A DNA stretch of 63,740 bases, filler included, from Globobulimina sp. (GCA_003354225.1; 43 parts of 43 records of this genome joined end to end with filler, not necessarily neighbours in it), one strand, 5' to 3'. Numbered from the whole stretch's first letter, positions 1 through 11,888 are shown. Numbers and translations are program-made. Notes: generated by a model from the sequence alone, not told the origin.

Positions 1-571
1 ATTTTAATTTGAATGATGAGAAGAAATTGTTATTAAAACATATCAAATCGTTATGGACATATTTGACGCAGACGTTGGCGCGGAATGACTTAAAAAGAGC
101 AAAAGCACCAAAGCATACCTTACATAAATATAGAATAGAAATTACAAAGGAGATCGAGCAGAAATTGAACACATTTATCAAAAATATACCATTAGGATTA
201 TTCAGTAAAATTGTGTTAAAATGGAAAAATCAATTACAATCTTATGGCAATATACAATATAATATACATACAACCACTGTTAACCAATTCTTATTCATTG
301 ATGATGATATTTCAGTGCCCCCCAAAGTTATATTTCCTACCATTTCATTGCAATATTTTGCCACTGCTTTTGAATTTGTTGCACAAAAATTTTATACATT
401 GTCAAAGTAAACTGTACTGTTTTTTTTTTATTTTTTATTTTCAATTTCAAATTCATTCTTTGTGTTGTTGTTGTAGCTCAATCTGGAAAAGTGTGTATTT
501 CTTTTCATATTATACTGGCGACAAACGATGCAGGACTTCAAATAGATGCATAAGTACGAGTGCAAGGCACC

Positions 572-737
572 AGGTTCACTTCTAAACACTTCTTTTGTGA
601 TTGGCAAGGTTTTTGCGTTAGCTAGAGTGGTTTTCAACCTAGTATTCGAAGTTGACCTAGTATTCAAAGTTGAAAACCACTCTAGCTAACCCAAAAACCT
701 TGCCAAGCACAAAAGAAGTGTTTAGAAGTGTGAACCT
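572..737. mobile_element. MITE-like palindromic element with ~67-bp inverted arms
   Basis: 572-638 is the near-perfect reverse complement of 669-737; the loop holds a duplicated ACCTAGTATTC(G/A)AAGTTGA; parts recur at 42648-42713 and 53811-53849. Confidence 0.75.
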
Positions 738-904
738 AAAAAGTCAAGTATTTTTCTTAATGTTGAAAATTGGTTCTGATGACTGATGCTCAGATGCTGT
801 GGGAAATTGGAAGTGTATCTGTGGGGATAAAGACGACATGAAAAGAAATGTAAGTTTTTTAAATTTGTCATTAGTTCAGTAACCAAAACCCTGCATGTTT
901 AAGG

Positions 905-1386
905 ATGAGCTCTGATCAAAGCTCAACTCCACTCATTTATTATGGATTGATTGCTTTCAATACAAATATTATTTGTGAAGTAAACGAATGCAAAGACAAT
1001 GCAAGCCTTGAAACAAAAAAAGAAAAAAAATACATTCGAGCAAGCAAAAAAATATTAAAAAAAATAGAACAATATGAAATTCGTAGACCAGATGGTATGG
1101 GCACATTAATCAGCGGCACCTATTCATATAATTACATCCATGGCTATGAATATTGCAACAATACAAATTATCCATTATTAGAATCATTAATATTTTTATG
1201 TGTACTCCCTTTGTACCAATCCAATCCAAACATTACTTCATCTGAACGCGAAATTGCATTTAATTTTTTATCTTCCATAAGACGCGATTTTTTAACGTCA
1301 TTTGCAGAAAAATTGCGCTATATTTACAACCATCAAAATATAGCCACCATTGCAGTTAAAATAACGTATGATCAAAATAATAATCA
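905..1386 (+). CDS. Longin-domain R-SNARE, VAMP7-like (N-terminal part)
   Basis: LIYYGLIAFNTNIICE...YSYNYI...LIFLCV...REIAFNFLSSIRRDF resembles the VAMP7 longin pattern; truncated at contig end. Confidence 0.65.
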
Positions 1387-1486
1387 NNNNNNNNNNNNNN
1401 NNNNNNNNNNNNNNNNNNNNNNNNNNNNNNTTAATTAATTAANNNNNNNNNNNNNNNNNNNNNNNNNNNNNNNNNNNNNNNNNNNN
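1387..1486. other. Artificial contig spacer (first of 42, recurring every ~1485 bp; last at 62258..62357)
   Basis: N44-TTAATTAATTAA-N44 with stop codons in all six frames; intervening contig lengths fall steadily from 1386 to 1383 bp. Confidence 0.99.
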
Positions 1487-1856
1487 TGCGTTGTTCTGTA
1501 AATTACAATGACTGCAGTTCCACGCACGATTCATATTCAATTGACTTTGCTAAACTTACAGTGAAAAACTGCGCTTTCATTTATATTTAAGAATAGCGTC
1601 TTTGTTGTTGCTCCAACATACAACAATTATTTACAACGATTTCATGTGTACATACAGGGTACGTAGCAATCTCAAAATAAGCAAAAAACAAAAAATAAGG
1701 AAAAACGAATGCAGAATAAACGGAGTTTTGATCAAATGCAACAAGAATGTAAATCAGCCAATTTAAAGCAAGCAAACAAGAACACACATCCTGTGATACG
1801 CCACTGTCCTAAAAACGATATCACCCAAATAATCTCAAAAGTATGTCCACTCCATT

Positions 1857-2872
1857 TTGTTATCCTGGCACTCTCCCACAACACACAAAAAAAAACAACC
1901 ACAAACTAAGGGCCAAGCACAAGTCAGCAAATTGCTGCAATCCTCGCCAGAATACATTGAGATCATAATCGATTATCTAATTCATAGCTGCATGCTCGGT
2001 CTGTGCAAAATAGCTGAGGTGAAGCAATATTTATTATCGATAATGTCCATCGACAACCAACAACTGAAAAATGCACCACATGCACGCTGCCGTTGTGGCA
2101 GTAAATGGCACGGCAAACATGTCGCATATCGATGCAAAACCTGCCAAATCACAGCCTCTTCGTGTATCTGCGTCGACTGTTTCAACCATAGCAACCACGA
2201 AGGCCATGACTATGTCATTTATAACAGCGAACTGGGCGGTTGTTGTGACTGTGGCGACGAATTAGCCTTTAAATCGACTGGATTTTGCACGCGACACAGT
2301 GGCAAAATGAATTATAATTTGCCAGACGGGTTTCGTGAGAAAATGTATCCCGTTTTACATGCAGTTATTTGCAATTTTGTATATTATTTGGTGCACAGAG
2401 AGGAATATGCCAAAAGTAAAGAAATATTGCATAAATTAGGCAAATGGCTGCAAAAATTGTGTGCTACGCACGATGGTGCTCGCCATTTGATTGTGGAGAT
2501 TTTTTTGCAGCATTCGCAATATGCGCAAGCGAGGATGTTCAAAGCGGATTTCTTAAATTTGTTCATTTCACCGCAGCAATATAAGATTCCCAAAGCGATA
2601 CAAGAGATATTATATAAATTAGAGAATGAGCGATTTCATCATAATCCGCTTCTAAATGACAATGATATCAATCAGTTGCAAGAGCATAAACTGTTAAAAT
2701 TGATAAAGACACAGATCAATGAATGGAGAGGAAACATTGAGAAACGAATAAATATCGTATTAGAATGCATAAAACGAGGACCATTGTGGGAAATGCATGA
2801 ATTTGTCATCAATCAACCTGGTGAACAATATCATGGCTTATCTCATGAACCACGAGGTTTGTTATTTTGTTG
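1857..2872 (+). CDS. UBR-box (N-recognin) E3 ubiquitin ligase, N-terminal part; true start uncertain
   Basis: AYRCKTCQITASSCICVDCFNHSNHEGHDY...GGCCDCGD...GFCTRH is a canonical zf-UBR signature. Confidence 0.9.
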
Positions 2873-2972
2873 NNNNNNNNNNNNNNNNNNNNNNNNNNNN
2901 NNNNNNNNNNNNNNNNTTAATTAATTAANNNNNNNNNNNNNNNNNNNNNNNNNNNNNNNNNNNNNNNNNNNN

Positions 2973-4177
2973 CATCAAAGCGGTGACAGAGATATTCATA
3001 TCGGCGGCTAAGTCGTAAGAATTCTTGTAAACTTTCAACACTTTAAAAAAATTGGTGTACATTCGGACATGCGGTTCGACCTCGGCCACAGCCACGGGAT
3101 TCATCACAAGCCGGATTTTGCCTTTTTCTCCCTTTTCCGCAGAAGTCACATCATCGCGATGACCCAATTCATTTGTGAATCGATGGCCCTTTTCATTTAT
3201 TAATAAGCCGCCCGCAGCGCGCAAACACTCCGCCGCCAAGGTCTTCTCCCTCGCGGTGGGATCTTTTGGGTCCACAAAACCCGTCGGATGCACCTGGACA
3301 TGCTGCATATCCACTAATTTGGCGCCAATCTCTCGCGCACATAACATGCCTTCACCGCAGGCCCAGTGCCCATTGGTGGTGGATAAGGCGATGTTGTTTG
3401 GCGAATACTCCTCAATCAAATCGAGATTGTAACAAAAACCGCCAGTCGCTAACACCACGCCGGAACCACGAACCTCTTTGGTGCCCGATGGCGAAAAGGT
3501 GTCCACATATTTTAAGCCAATCACACGGCCCGAATAGTTTCGAATTAATGAGGTCATCTTGGCTTTTTTAATGATTTTGCACTGCCCACTCTTGGCATAT
3601 TTCTTTACGTGGCGCAATACGCCCAATGTAATATAGCCACCTATTTATCATTGCGAATGTGCGTGTTACTAATATCAATATATTTGAATGTGTATATATT
3701 AATTTAGTTACATACCGGCAGCTCCAGTCGTTGGTCGATGTGTTCGTGGCGCAGAATGGCCACCGCATTGTGATAAGACAGGTAAATCTAAACCGTGATC
3801 CGCTAACCATTTAATACCATCGGCCGAGTTGCAACATAAGGTTCGAATCAACGGCGATGGCTTTGCATGCTGGTTTTTTGTCGCTGAATACGAGGTATCA
3901 GACATGAATAAGTCATTCGTATCTGGGTTATTCAATGCTTTTTGGTAAAGGGTCTCGCTGCCATTGTATCCGGACGACGCACGCACCGAATTACCACCTA
4001 ATTTCTTCTCTTTCTCCACGAGGATTACTCGTTTGCCCGCTTCCAAAATGGTCAACGCGCACGAACCGCCACTTAAACCACCGCCTACCACAATTATTGC
4101 ATCGGAAAACTAGATATTTGATATTTAAAACTATATATTTAGACAGTAATTTAATTAACACATACATCATCAGACAT
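2973..4177 (-). CDS. Soluble FAD-dependent fumarate reductase (flavocytochrome c / Osm1-like), 3 exons, 3' truncated
   Basis: Exons 4177-4166, 4109-3716 and 3640-2973 join in frame via GT-AG introns of 56 and 75 nt; motifs IVVGGGLSG, GGNSVRASSG, GGHSAPRTH, LATGG, QVHPTG, ECLR, RFTNELGHRD. Confidence 0.9.
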
Positions 4178-4913
4178 GATTGATTTTATTTTAGTCTTTT
4201 AATAGAGCGACTAGTAGTGATCTGACTGACAGTCAGTAGTGATTTAGTTGAGTAACTTGAGAGCTTTTTTCAAAGTAGTTTTTAGATTTAAATCATACAA
4301 GGATCACAAAGCAATGTCTGGTTTTAAAATGAAAGTGCTCAAATCACAATTTATAATGNNNNNNNNNNNNNNNNNNNNNNNNNNNNNNNNNNNNNNNNNN
4401 NNTTAATTAATTAANNNNNNNNNNNNNNNNNNNNNNNNNNNNNNNNNNNNNNNNNNNNGTTGACATGAAAAAAGCTTTGTGGATTTATTTTTTTAGCTCC
4501 ACACTTCTGTTTCACAAGTAAGAAAACTCCACAATTCTGTTCCGCAAAAAATGAGCATATTAGAAAGTATTTATATTTGGACGACTGGGGGTGCGTAAGG
4601 GCGTGCTCTACGGTCGTATTTTTATTTAGACGACTTAAGTTCAGAGTACTTTTAAAAATCTGAAAAACTAAAACGTAATCATTTCGAACCAATCTACAGG
4701 GAAAGTATTCATTTTAATCCATGGTTTTGTACGCAAATAAATTATATGTATACGCAGACTCAATTTGCACACTAAACAGAACATCAGGAACAACATACCA
4801 AGAGCTTTGCTGCTCTACTCATACTATACTCAAAGTGAACCAGGTTTTCTACTTGGTTACATATTCTTGTTATTTAGTATTCTTGGACTAAACGATATAT
4901 TCCAAAAGATAAC

Positions 4914-4972
4914 TGGTGGACCTGTCAAGTGATCATATATAAATAAATGGTGGACCTGTCAAGGGATCATAT
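4914..4972. repeat. Short direct repeat TGGTGGACCTGTCAAG(T/G)GATCATAT, two copies
   Basis: Two copies 34 bp apart, read directly from the sequence. Confidence 0.8.
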
Positions 4973-5368
4973 AAGATCATATAATAATATATATATTAGG
5001 AACACTACTGTACTGTATAAAACCAGTGAGATTTATGGTATGTTGGTATATGGATGTAAATGCTAATAAGCAACTGTTTGATAAGAACATGCTAATTACT
5101 TAAAAAGTCCGAAAACTTTTCGAACAGCTCGAAATTTTCAGTGCATATCGGAAAGCCATATTGGATGTTTAGAATTTTTTATAACCAAAAAACGCCATAA
5201 AAGTAACTTTATTTGATGTTTTTGGCTCTACATAGAACTGTTTTATTTAATAAAATAGAAACGAAAAACACTTTTATTACCATATGTAGACCAATAAAAT
5301 AGAAACGAAAAACAGAATTTTGAGACTCAAAAAGCAAATAATAAATTACAAAAAATAAAATAGAAAAA

Positions 5369-5431
5369 TGTGATGATGGGATTTGAACCCAAATCTTCTT
5401 TAATATGATGCTCTCATTGACCTATCATCAC
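5369..5431 (-). ncRNA. tRNA-like element (tRNA pseudogene or SINE head)
   Basis: Acceptor-like stem GTGATGA/TCATCAC, A-box-like TAGGTCAATGAG, T-arm TGGG-TTCAAAT-CCCA (B box), then a T-run; homologue at 35424-35471. Confidence 0.55.
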
Positions 5432-5468
5432 AATAAATATATGAGGCATAAATATATGCCATATATAG

Positions 5469-5630
5469 CCTGTTCCTCCTCCTCCTGCTCCTCCTCCACC
5501 GCCTCCACCTACACATCCTCCACCTCCGCCTACGCATCCACCTCAACCTCCACATCAACCTCCACATCCGCCTCCACCTCCTCATCCACATCCAAATCCT
5601 CCTCCACCTACGCATCCTCCTCCACACCCC
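5469..5630. repeat. Low-complexity (CCN)n tract, possibly a Pro/His-rich exon (+) or Gly-rich exon (-)
   Basis: CCT/CCA/CCG triplet run directly after a TAG acceptor-like site; coding strand unresolved. Confidence 0.5.
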
Positions 5631-5944
5631 AGCTACGATTTATGTCTTCGTCCATTCACCAATACAGTAGTGTTCCCGATAAGAGATATGCATATGAGTG
5701 CTAATAAATATATTATACTGGTAATATATATATTAGACTGCGAAGATTCCCTTAGGATTTGGCTAATATATTGATAAAATCTAATAATATATTTGCTAAT
5801 TTCATCAAAATATCATATATATATGATCTATATATGATGTATATNNNNNNNNNNNNNNNNNNNNNNNNNNNNNNNNNNNNNNNNNNNNTTAATTAATTAA
5901 NNNNNNNNNNNNNNNNNNNNNNNNNNNNNNNNNNNNNNNNNNNN

Positions 5945-6624
5945 TCATTCAAACATCCATTCGGCCATTCGAGCCATCCATCAGTTTCATCATAACACAT
6001 TCCACCATTTTCAACTTGCGAGGTTGGAGTCATTGCATTGATTATTTCTGATTCATTGAAAGATTTCCAAAAATCCAAATGTTTGCTAATATTTGCTGCC
6101 CGTAATTCCGACTCCATATCTTGTAATGCCTCAGTTTGCATTGCTAAGAAATACGACCATAAAATACCATTAAATTGCATATTAATTGTTGGATTTTGAT
6201 AAGTGAATAGGTTATAACGTGGGAAGTCTGTGGACCATAACATTAAATGATACAAACCGACACTGTCCGCAACTTCTTGGTTGTGACTGATGGCTTCAAT
6301 CGCATCGTAATAAAAATCATAAACAGATACGTTATAATTAAATATTTCTCGTAAGATTATGTTTGCGATGAAATTATAAAATGCCCATTCTTCTCCTCCA
6401 AGTGAGATTTTATTGTTTGTGTTTAATAATTTCTCATCATTTATGCCATACTTGTTTCTGTAATATTCAATCTGTGACTCATTAAAACATTGAAAAGTCG
6501 GCCAATTGGTTGCATATCCTTCATTGAAATAAATCGATGATTTGTCAAATTCATTTTCTTCAGAATCTTCAGAACCAAATACAATGTAAATAGTGATCAT
6601 CAGATAATAAATAAAAAAATACAT
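5945..6624 (-). CDS. Secreted or receptor protein, N-terminal part, with a possible glycine-betaine-binding-type (PBP2) domain
   Basis: Signal-peptide-like start; EEWAFYNFIANIILREIFNYNV resembles the W-x(7)-IL-x-E-x-x-G/N-Y-x-V pattern of that fold. Confidence 0.4.
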
Positions 6625-7989
6625 ATCGTATCTGCTCAGGTGTTGCTCTGTTTTGTTTGGAAGTGATCTATTTTTGTTGAATATTAATAGATAATTGGTC
6701 TAAGTTTGGTCTGTTTACAAAAGGATTATGAAATAATATGAGTTTGGTCTGTTTCTGTTTCTGTTTCTGTGGAAAGAGCATTTTGTTTCCTGTTTTCTGT
6801 GAAGTGAGCTAGTGTTCAAGAAAAGTGTAACAAAAAATGCATTAAAGATTACTTGTACATATTACAAACATTGGTCATTAATATTGAGAATTCTTTATAA
6901 TCGATGAACTCATCTGGTGTTGAACTTTCTTGATCAACGTTAACATCGTCAAATGTACCTAATATTTCGGCACTATTTTTTTCCTATAATCATCTGGAAA
7001 ACTATTTAAAAATGATTCATATTCATCAAGGTATATGCTTCAAATGCTGCATCCAGTATTTCCACGTTTCTGCAATACCATCAACTTCATTTCTGCAATA
7101 CCATCAACTGCAGTTTTCATTTCTTTATTTTCTTCCTTAAATTCTTCATTCAATGCTGCTGCTTTTTCAATATGTCTCGAAAGTCAAAAACACACACTGC
7201 GGCTGCTGAAATATATCCAATTATACCGTTGCTAAAATGCAAAATGATCCATAAAATAGTCAATCCTCCAAATGTCACATACAACCATGATTTCCAACCT
7301 GTCAGAGCGCCAAACCTGTTGACAACTTGANNNNNNNNNNNNNNNNNNNNNNNNNNNNNNNNNNNNNNNNNNNNTTAATTAATTAANNNNNNNNNNNNNN
7401 NNNNNNNNNNNNNNNNNNNNNNNNNNNNNNTATAATTTCTCCGTATACTCCATACATTCTCATTATTATAACACTCAATAATTTGATTAACACCAAATCT
7501 CATATTGCAATGATAGCATTTCGTTGTCGGTAACCTATTCAATTGACTTTTTGCTTCCTGTGAAATGGTTGGTGGCTAGTACGGTTTTACAGTTTTACAG
7601 TTTTTGCAGACTGGCTAGCTTTTAACCGTTTAATTTAACAGAGCTGGGGCCATTACAATTTCATGTTTCATAGAATACATCGATCATATGCATATACAAC
7701 ACAATCCATGGCAACACGCAAATTAACACACAAATGTATTGAATCATTGCGGTGGTGTTTGTGTCTCCTATGATCTTTATCTATTGATCGGGTTACTTTC
7801 GACTCAATACCTGTATTGATTGGGGTACTAATAAACATCATAAAACTATTGATAACTACTGTAATATCAATATATTAAATAAATAGTTTGCGTGAAAATA
7901 AACACAAAAAAATAAACAAAATCCCATACAAAAAAAAAACAACAAAATAACTCGCAAATCAATATCTGACATTTTCAATTAGTCGCAAA

Positions 7990-8526
7990 TCAATATCTGA
8001 CACGTTCAATTCTAACCATATCCAATAATATACCCACAAATGTTCGTAATTTTTCCCTCGACACCAAATACGGCCCAGGTCCATAAAAATGAACATTATT
8101 GTCATCTTCCTCCACTTCCTCTGTTTCTTTTTTTTCGTCTTCGTTTTCATTTTCATTCTCACTCGAACTCAAAGTCTCGATCTCGATTTCATTCTCATTC
8201 CCAATGCCACTCTCATTCTTATTCTCATCCTTAATTTCATTCGCATTCTTATTCTCATTCGTATTCTTATTGCCATCACGATCATAATAATCTAAATCTG
8301 GCAATACTTTTAAAAAGCTCAACATAGCCGTAATTGGATCGATTTCAGGCACTGAAACAGATCGATATATTACTCGCTGGCATCGACGTATCATCCACAG
8401 CGATCGATATATTATTCGCTGGCATCGCCGCAGGGATCGATATATTATTCGCTGGCATTGATATATTATTCGCTGATATCGAGGTATTATTGGCTGGAAA
8501 CGAGGTATTATAATATTGCCGAGCAA
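7990..8526 (-). CDS. Hypothetical low-complexity ORF with tandem CQRIIYRS repeats and an EN-rich tract
   Basis: Repeats of GATATATTATTCGCTGGCAT at about 8364-8480; acidic NE dipeptide tract. Confidence 0.35.
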   Translation of the reverse strand: MLGNIIIPRFQPIIPRYQRIIYQCQRIIYRSLRRCQRIIYRSLWMIRRCQRVIYRSVSVPEIDPITAMLSFLKVLPDLDYYDRDGNKNTNENKNANEIKDENKNESGIGNENEIEIETLSSSENENENEDEKKETEEVEEDDNNVHFYGPGPYLVSREKLRTFVGILLDMVRIERVRY

Positions 8527-9089
8527 TATAAGTCATTCTTTCTCGCTGACTTTCCAATTTTTCTTCAATTCTTTGTCTTCGTCTTCTTCTTCTTCGGCAC
8601 AATGCCACCTTTCTTTGATTATGTATCCTTAATTGTTGATTGAATGATAATGACGAATTGCGATTGAATATAAAATGATCTGACTGTCTACAAGACATTG
8701 TTACAAATGTCAAGATAAAAAGATGTTGATTTGTTTAAACTGACAAAAACTTTTTAAAGATGTCATCGTTTGAAGCATGTCGCTGTTTGAAGTCAATCAT
8801 TCAGATATCTTAACTANNNNNNNNNNNNNNNNNNNNNNNNNNNNNNNNNNNNNNNNNNNNTTAATTAATTAANNNNNNNNNNNNNNNNNNNNNNNNNNNN
8901 NNNNNNNNNNNNNNNNTTCTTTCAAAATAACGTAGAGGATGTAGCTGTGCTTTGTTTGTAGGTGTGTATATATTTTATCCTCGCACACACAAAACAACTA
9001 ATATTGCTGTTGTGTAATTCTATAACAACTGTTAACAGAAAGATGATGTAAATGATTTAATATCCAAAATTGGAGATCGAGCTCTCTTT

Positions 9090-9575
9090 ATGCAATGGTT
9101 AAATACACACAGAAAAAATGCTAAATCAAAAGTAGAAACACATGTTGTGACTCAGCAGATTTGTTCTGTATGTAATGGAAATAAACAAGTGAAGCAAACT
9201 GAATCTTATGTTGAGAATAAGCAATGTAATCAATGTGGCGGTCAAGGAAGAAAATATGTAACGAGATATAATACCACAGAAGTAACATGTGGCAGTTGCA
9301 ATGGTAATGGATCGTGTCGCATTAAATGCGCAGAGGGTAGGTATGGCTGTCAATATAAAAACCCTAAAATAAAAGATCCATATTGTGATTTATGTCATGG
9401 CCAACAATGGACTCAATGTTATACATGTAAAGGAAGTAGAAAAGTCAAACAACAGTCAACGTCCAGTTCAACTGAACATTGTTATGGGTGTAATGGAAAT
9501 GGTTCCACGCAACTTACTAAAACAAGAGATAAGATGGTTGTTTGTGCAGCTTGTAGAGGGCAAGGGCAATATTAA
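9090..9575 (+). CDS. Protein with seven DnaJ-type CxxCxGx(G) zinc-finger motifs; upstream exon probable
   Basis: CSVCNG, CNQCGGQG, CGSCNGNG, CDLCHG, CYTCKG, CYGCNGNG, CAACRGQG; acceptor-like AG at 9037-9038. Confidence 0.8.
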   Translation: MQWLNTHRKNAKSKVETHVVTQQICSVCNGNKQVKQTESYVENKQCNQCGGQGRKYVTRYNTTEVTCGSCNGNGSCRIKCAEGRYGCQYKNPKIKDPYCDLCHGQQWTQCYTCKGSRKVKQQSTSSSTEHCYGCNGNGSTQLTKTRDKMVVCAACRGQGQY

Positions 9576-9660
9576 TAATTATTTTGTATAATATCGTTTT
9601 TATAACGAATCTAACTCATCGTTGAGTTATAAAAACGTTTTGATTATAAATGTATAAATT

Positions 9661-10302
9661 TTGAATGTTTTTGAAAAAATGTTTACAAAGCAGTCAACAT
9701 GGGCTTGGCATACTTTTGCTGTATGTTCAATATCAATCATTTGGCAGCTCATTCTAGTGGTTCTAATGTTGAAATGTTTATGTGTCCGCAATATTGAGAC
9801 ACAAATATCACTGAAAATTCGAAATTTAGCTTTCATCCAAAGTATATCATTCTGTTTGGCATTTATATTTGGTTTCATTGCTGCTGTATACAATATAAAC
9901 TCTGAACTCGATAATGAGGTAATATGGCGTATCTGTGTTGTATTATTTGGAGTATTTGCTTTCTTTGCAGAGGTCACACTTTTTTTATTCATCATATTAC
10001 GGTTAAAATTAGCATTTGAGGGGTCTACATTGGCAATTTCAAACCTTGTCTTGTATTCATATTATAGCATATTATGTATTGTGTGCATACTAACCATTAT
10101 TTCATTTATTTTTATTGTGATAGGATCCAACGCCATCTTTACAATGATATTATCCGTAGCCATTACATTATCACTGTTTATGGTCGTTCATATCGTTTAT
10201 TTATTTAACCGCAATTTATTCAAATTGGTATTAAAACAGCGACAATCGATATGTAACGGTACTCATTGTAGTGTTCCAAGTAACTCTATTGACTGTACAG
10301 TG
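9661..10302 (+). CDS. Multi-pass membrane protein, possibly 7TM receptor-like (partial)
   Basis: Five hydrophobic segments; LFLFIILRLKLAFEGS resembles a TM3-loop junction. Confidence 0.55.
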
Positions 10303-10465
10303 NNNNNNNNNNNNNNNNNNNNNNNNNNNNNNNNNNNNNNNNNNNNTTAATTAATTAANNNNNNNNNNNNNNNNNNNNNNNNNNNNNNNNNNNNNNNNNN
10401 NNTGTCTGACCGGAGCACACACTGCAGTTGAGAATATCTCACTATTAGGCCATGTTTGTCTGGCC

Positions 10466-10747
10466 CTAGAAAGTCAGGGAGTTTGATGAGGATGCATCAT
10501 TTTGAATGCTTGGTTTTGTAGAATTTGTAGTTGTTGGATTGATGGTAAGTCCTTGTGGTCCAATTGTGACTGATGATGGGTTTTTCAATCTTGTTACGTT
10601 GGCATGTTTGGAGGATAATTCATTGTCATGCACCACATCATTGTTAGTATCTGTTTCTATAAATTGTTGATTATTACCCTCGTCATCAGATGAACTCATT
10701 TCGGCCACCATCTTATCCCATTTAGAATAATCTATTCCTGTTGACAT
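10466..10747 (-). CDS. Protein starting with a Cdc37-like DYSKWD motif (probably the first exon)
   Basis: MSTGIDYSKWDKMVAEMSSSDDE. Confidence 0.45.
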   Translation of the reverse strand: MSTGIDYSKWDKMVAEMSSSDDEGNNQQFIETDTNNDVVHDNELSSKHANVTRLKNPSSVTIGPQGLTINPTTTNSTKPSIQNDASSSNSLTF

Positions 10748-10917
10748 TGTCTGAGTGTATAAAAAATTTTAAATATATCTTTTGTGTTCTACTAAGAAAT
10801 CATTTTTGTTTAAAGTCAACAATATTCTTTGTAATCAATGCAATGAAGCTTGCGCATGGTTTAGGTAATAAGTTATAACATTGTTGACACATTAACAGGT
10901 AATAATCTTATCTTATC

Positions 10918-11788
10918 TTAAAAATATTTTCCCCATTGAAAGCTAGATTCTTCCCATCCAGATATTTTACAATATTTATTTGTAATTACAAAACATAATT
11001 CATTTGCAAATGCTTCTACATTTGCTGATATCCGCATACATTCGTTTAAAATCTCAGCTGTATCCAATTTGTTTACATATTGCTTGTGCATTTTATTCAT
11101 GTCACAAATAACCATAAAATTATTTATTTTTGATGATTCTAACCATCGTATTATTCGTCCAATATTGAAAATTATTTTCTTTAAATCAATTTGTGTATTC
11201 TTACATCCATTCATTCGAATTTTCATTTGTTTTCTTTCATATTCTCTTGTTCCATATATACCGATTTCAATTCCATCCAATACGGACAAATAAGTTTCAT
11301 CATTTAAGCCAATTTCAAAAAATTGCAGTGATTTACATTTAAATATTTGAGGAATTATTGTTTTTAATTCTTGCGGTGATGGAGACGTTATATTGTATTC
11401 AGCATGCGGATCAACACTAAACTGTGTTATATTTTGTCCGGATTTTAATATTTCATTTATTGTTCTAACTGATGGTGTTACCAATATAACGTGTTGTAAT
11501 TTGCCAAAATCAATATTACTAAAATCAAATCTTGGACGTGGAGGATAATCCAGTTTTAAAATTTGTAAATTGTTTCCAAAAATGTTTATTAAATCATTAT
11601 TTATTTATCTATTTCCTTCGCAAACACATAATCCTTTTAATTGAGGATATAAATCATATAATTTCTTTAATTTTTCTTTTGCAAAAGTGGGTTTAGTTAA
11701 AATAATTGCATATAATCCAAGAAATTCAATATTTTTAAAGTGTGTTAATAATCTCCAAAATTTGTCTTTATTAAATCTATCACTCAAT
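10918..11788 (-). CDS. LRR-like orphan protein, C-terminal part, frame interrupted near 11600
   Basis: Successive minus-strand ORFs with LxxLxL-type repeats (NIEFLGLY, QLKGLCV, KSLQFFEI). Confidence 0.4.
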
Positions 11789-11888
11789 NNNNNNNNNNNN
11801 NNNNNNNNNNNNNNNNNNNNNNNNNNNNNNNNTTAATTAATTAANNNNNNNNNNNNNNNNNNNNNNNNNNNNNNNNNNNNNNNNNNNN

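Noticed and set aside
5400..5704. Arg/Trp-rich and Ser/Thr-rich ORFs in the ORF track
   Set aside because: They are alternative-frame translations of the (CCN)n low-complexity tract
6850..7330. Minus-strand membrane plus EF-hand-like fragments (DVNVDQESSTPDEFIDYKEF)
   Set aside because: Broken by stops and frame changes; no consistent gene model or family could be assigned
8360..8480. Repeats of ~20 bp with variable spacers, resembling a CRISPR array
   Set aside because: Spacers are very short and irregular, there are no cas genes, and the context is a eukaryotic low-complexity ORF
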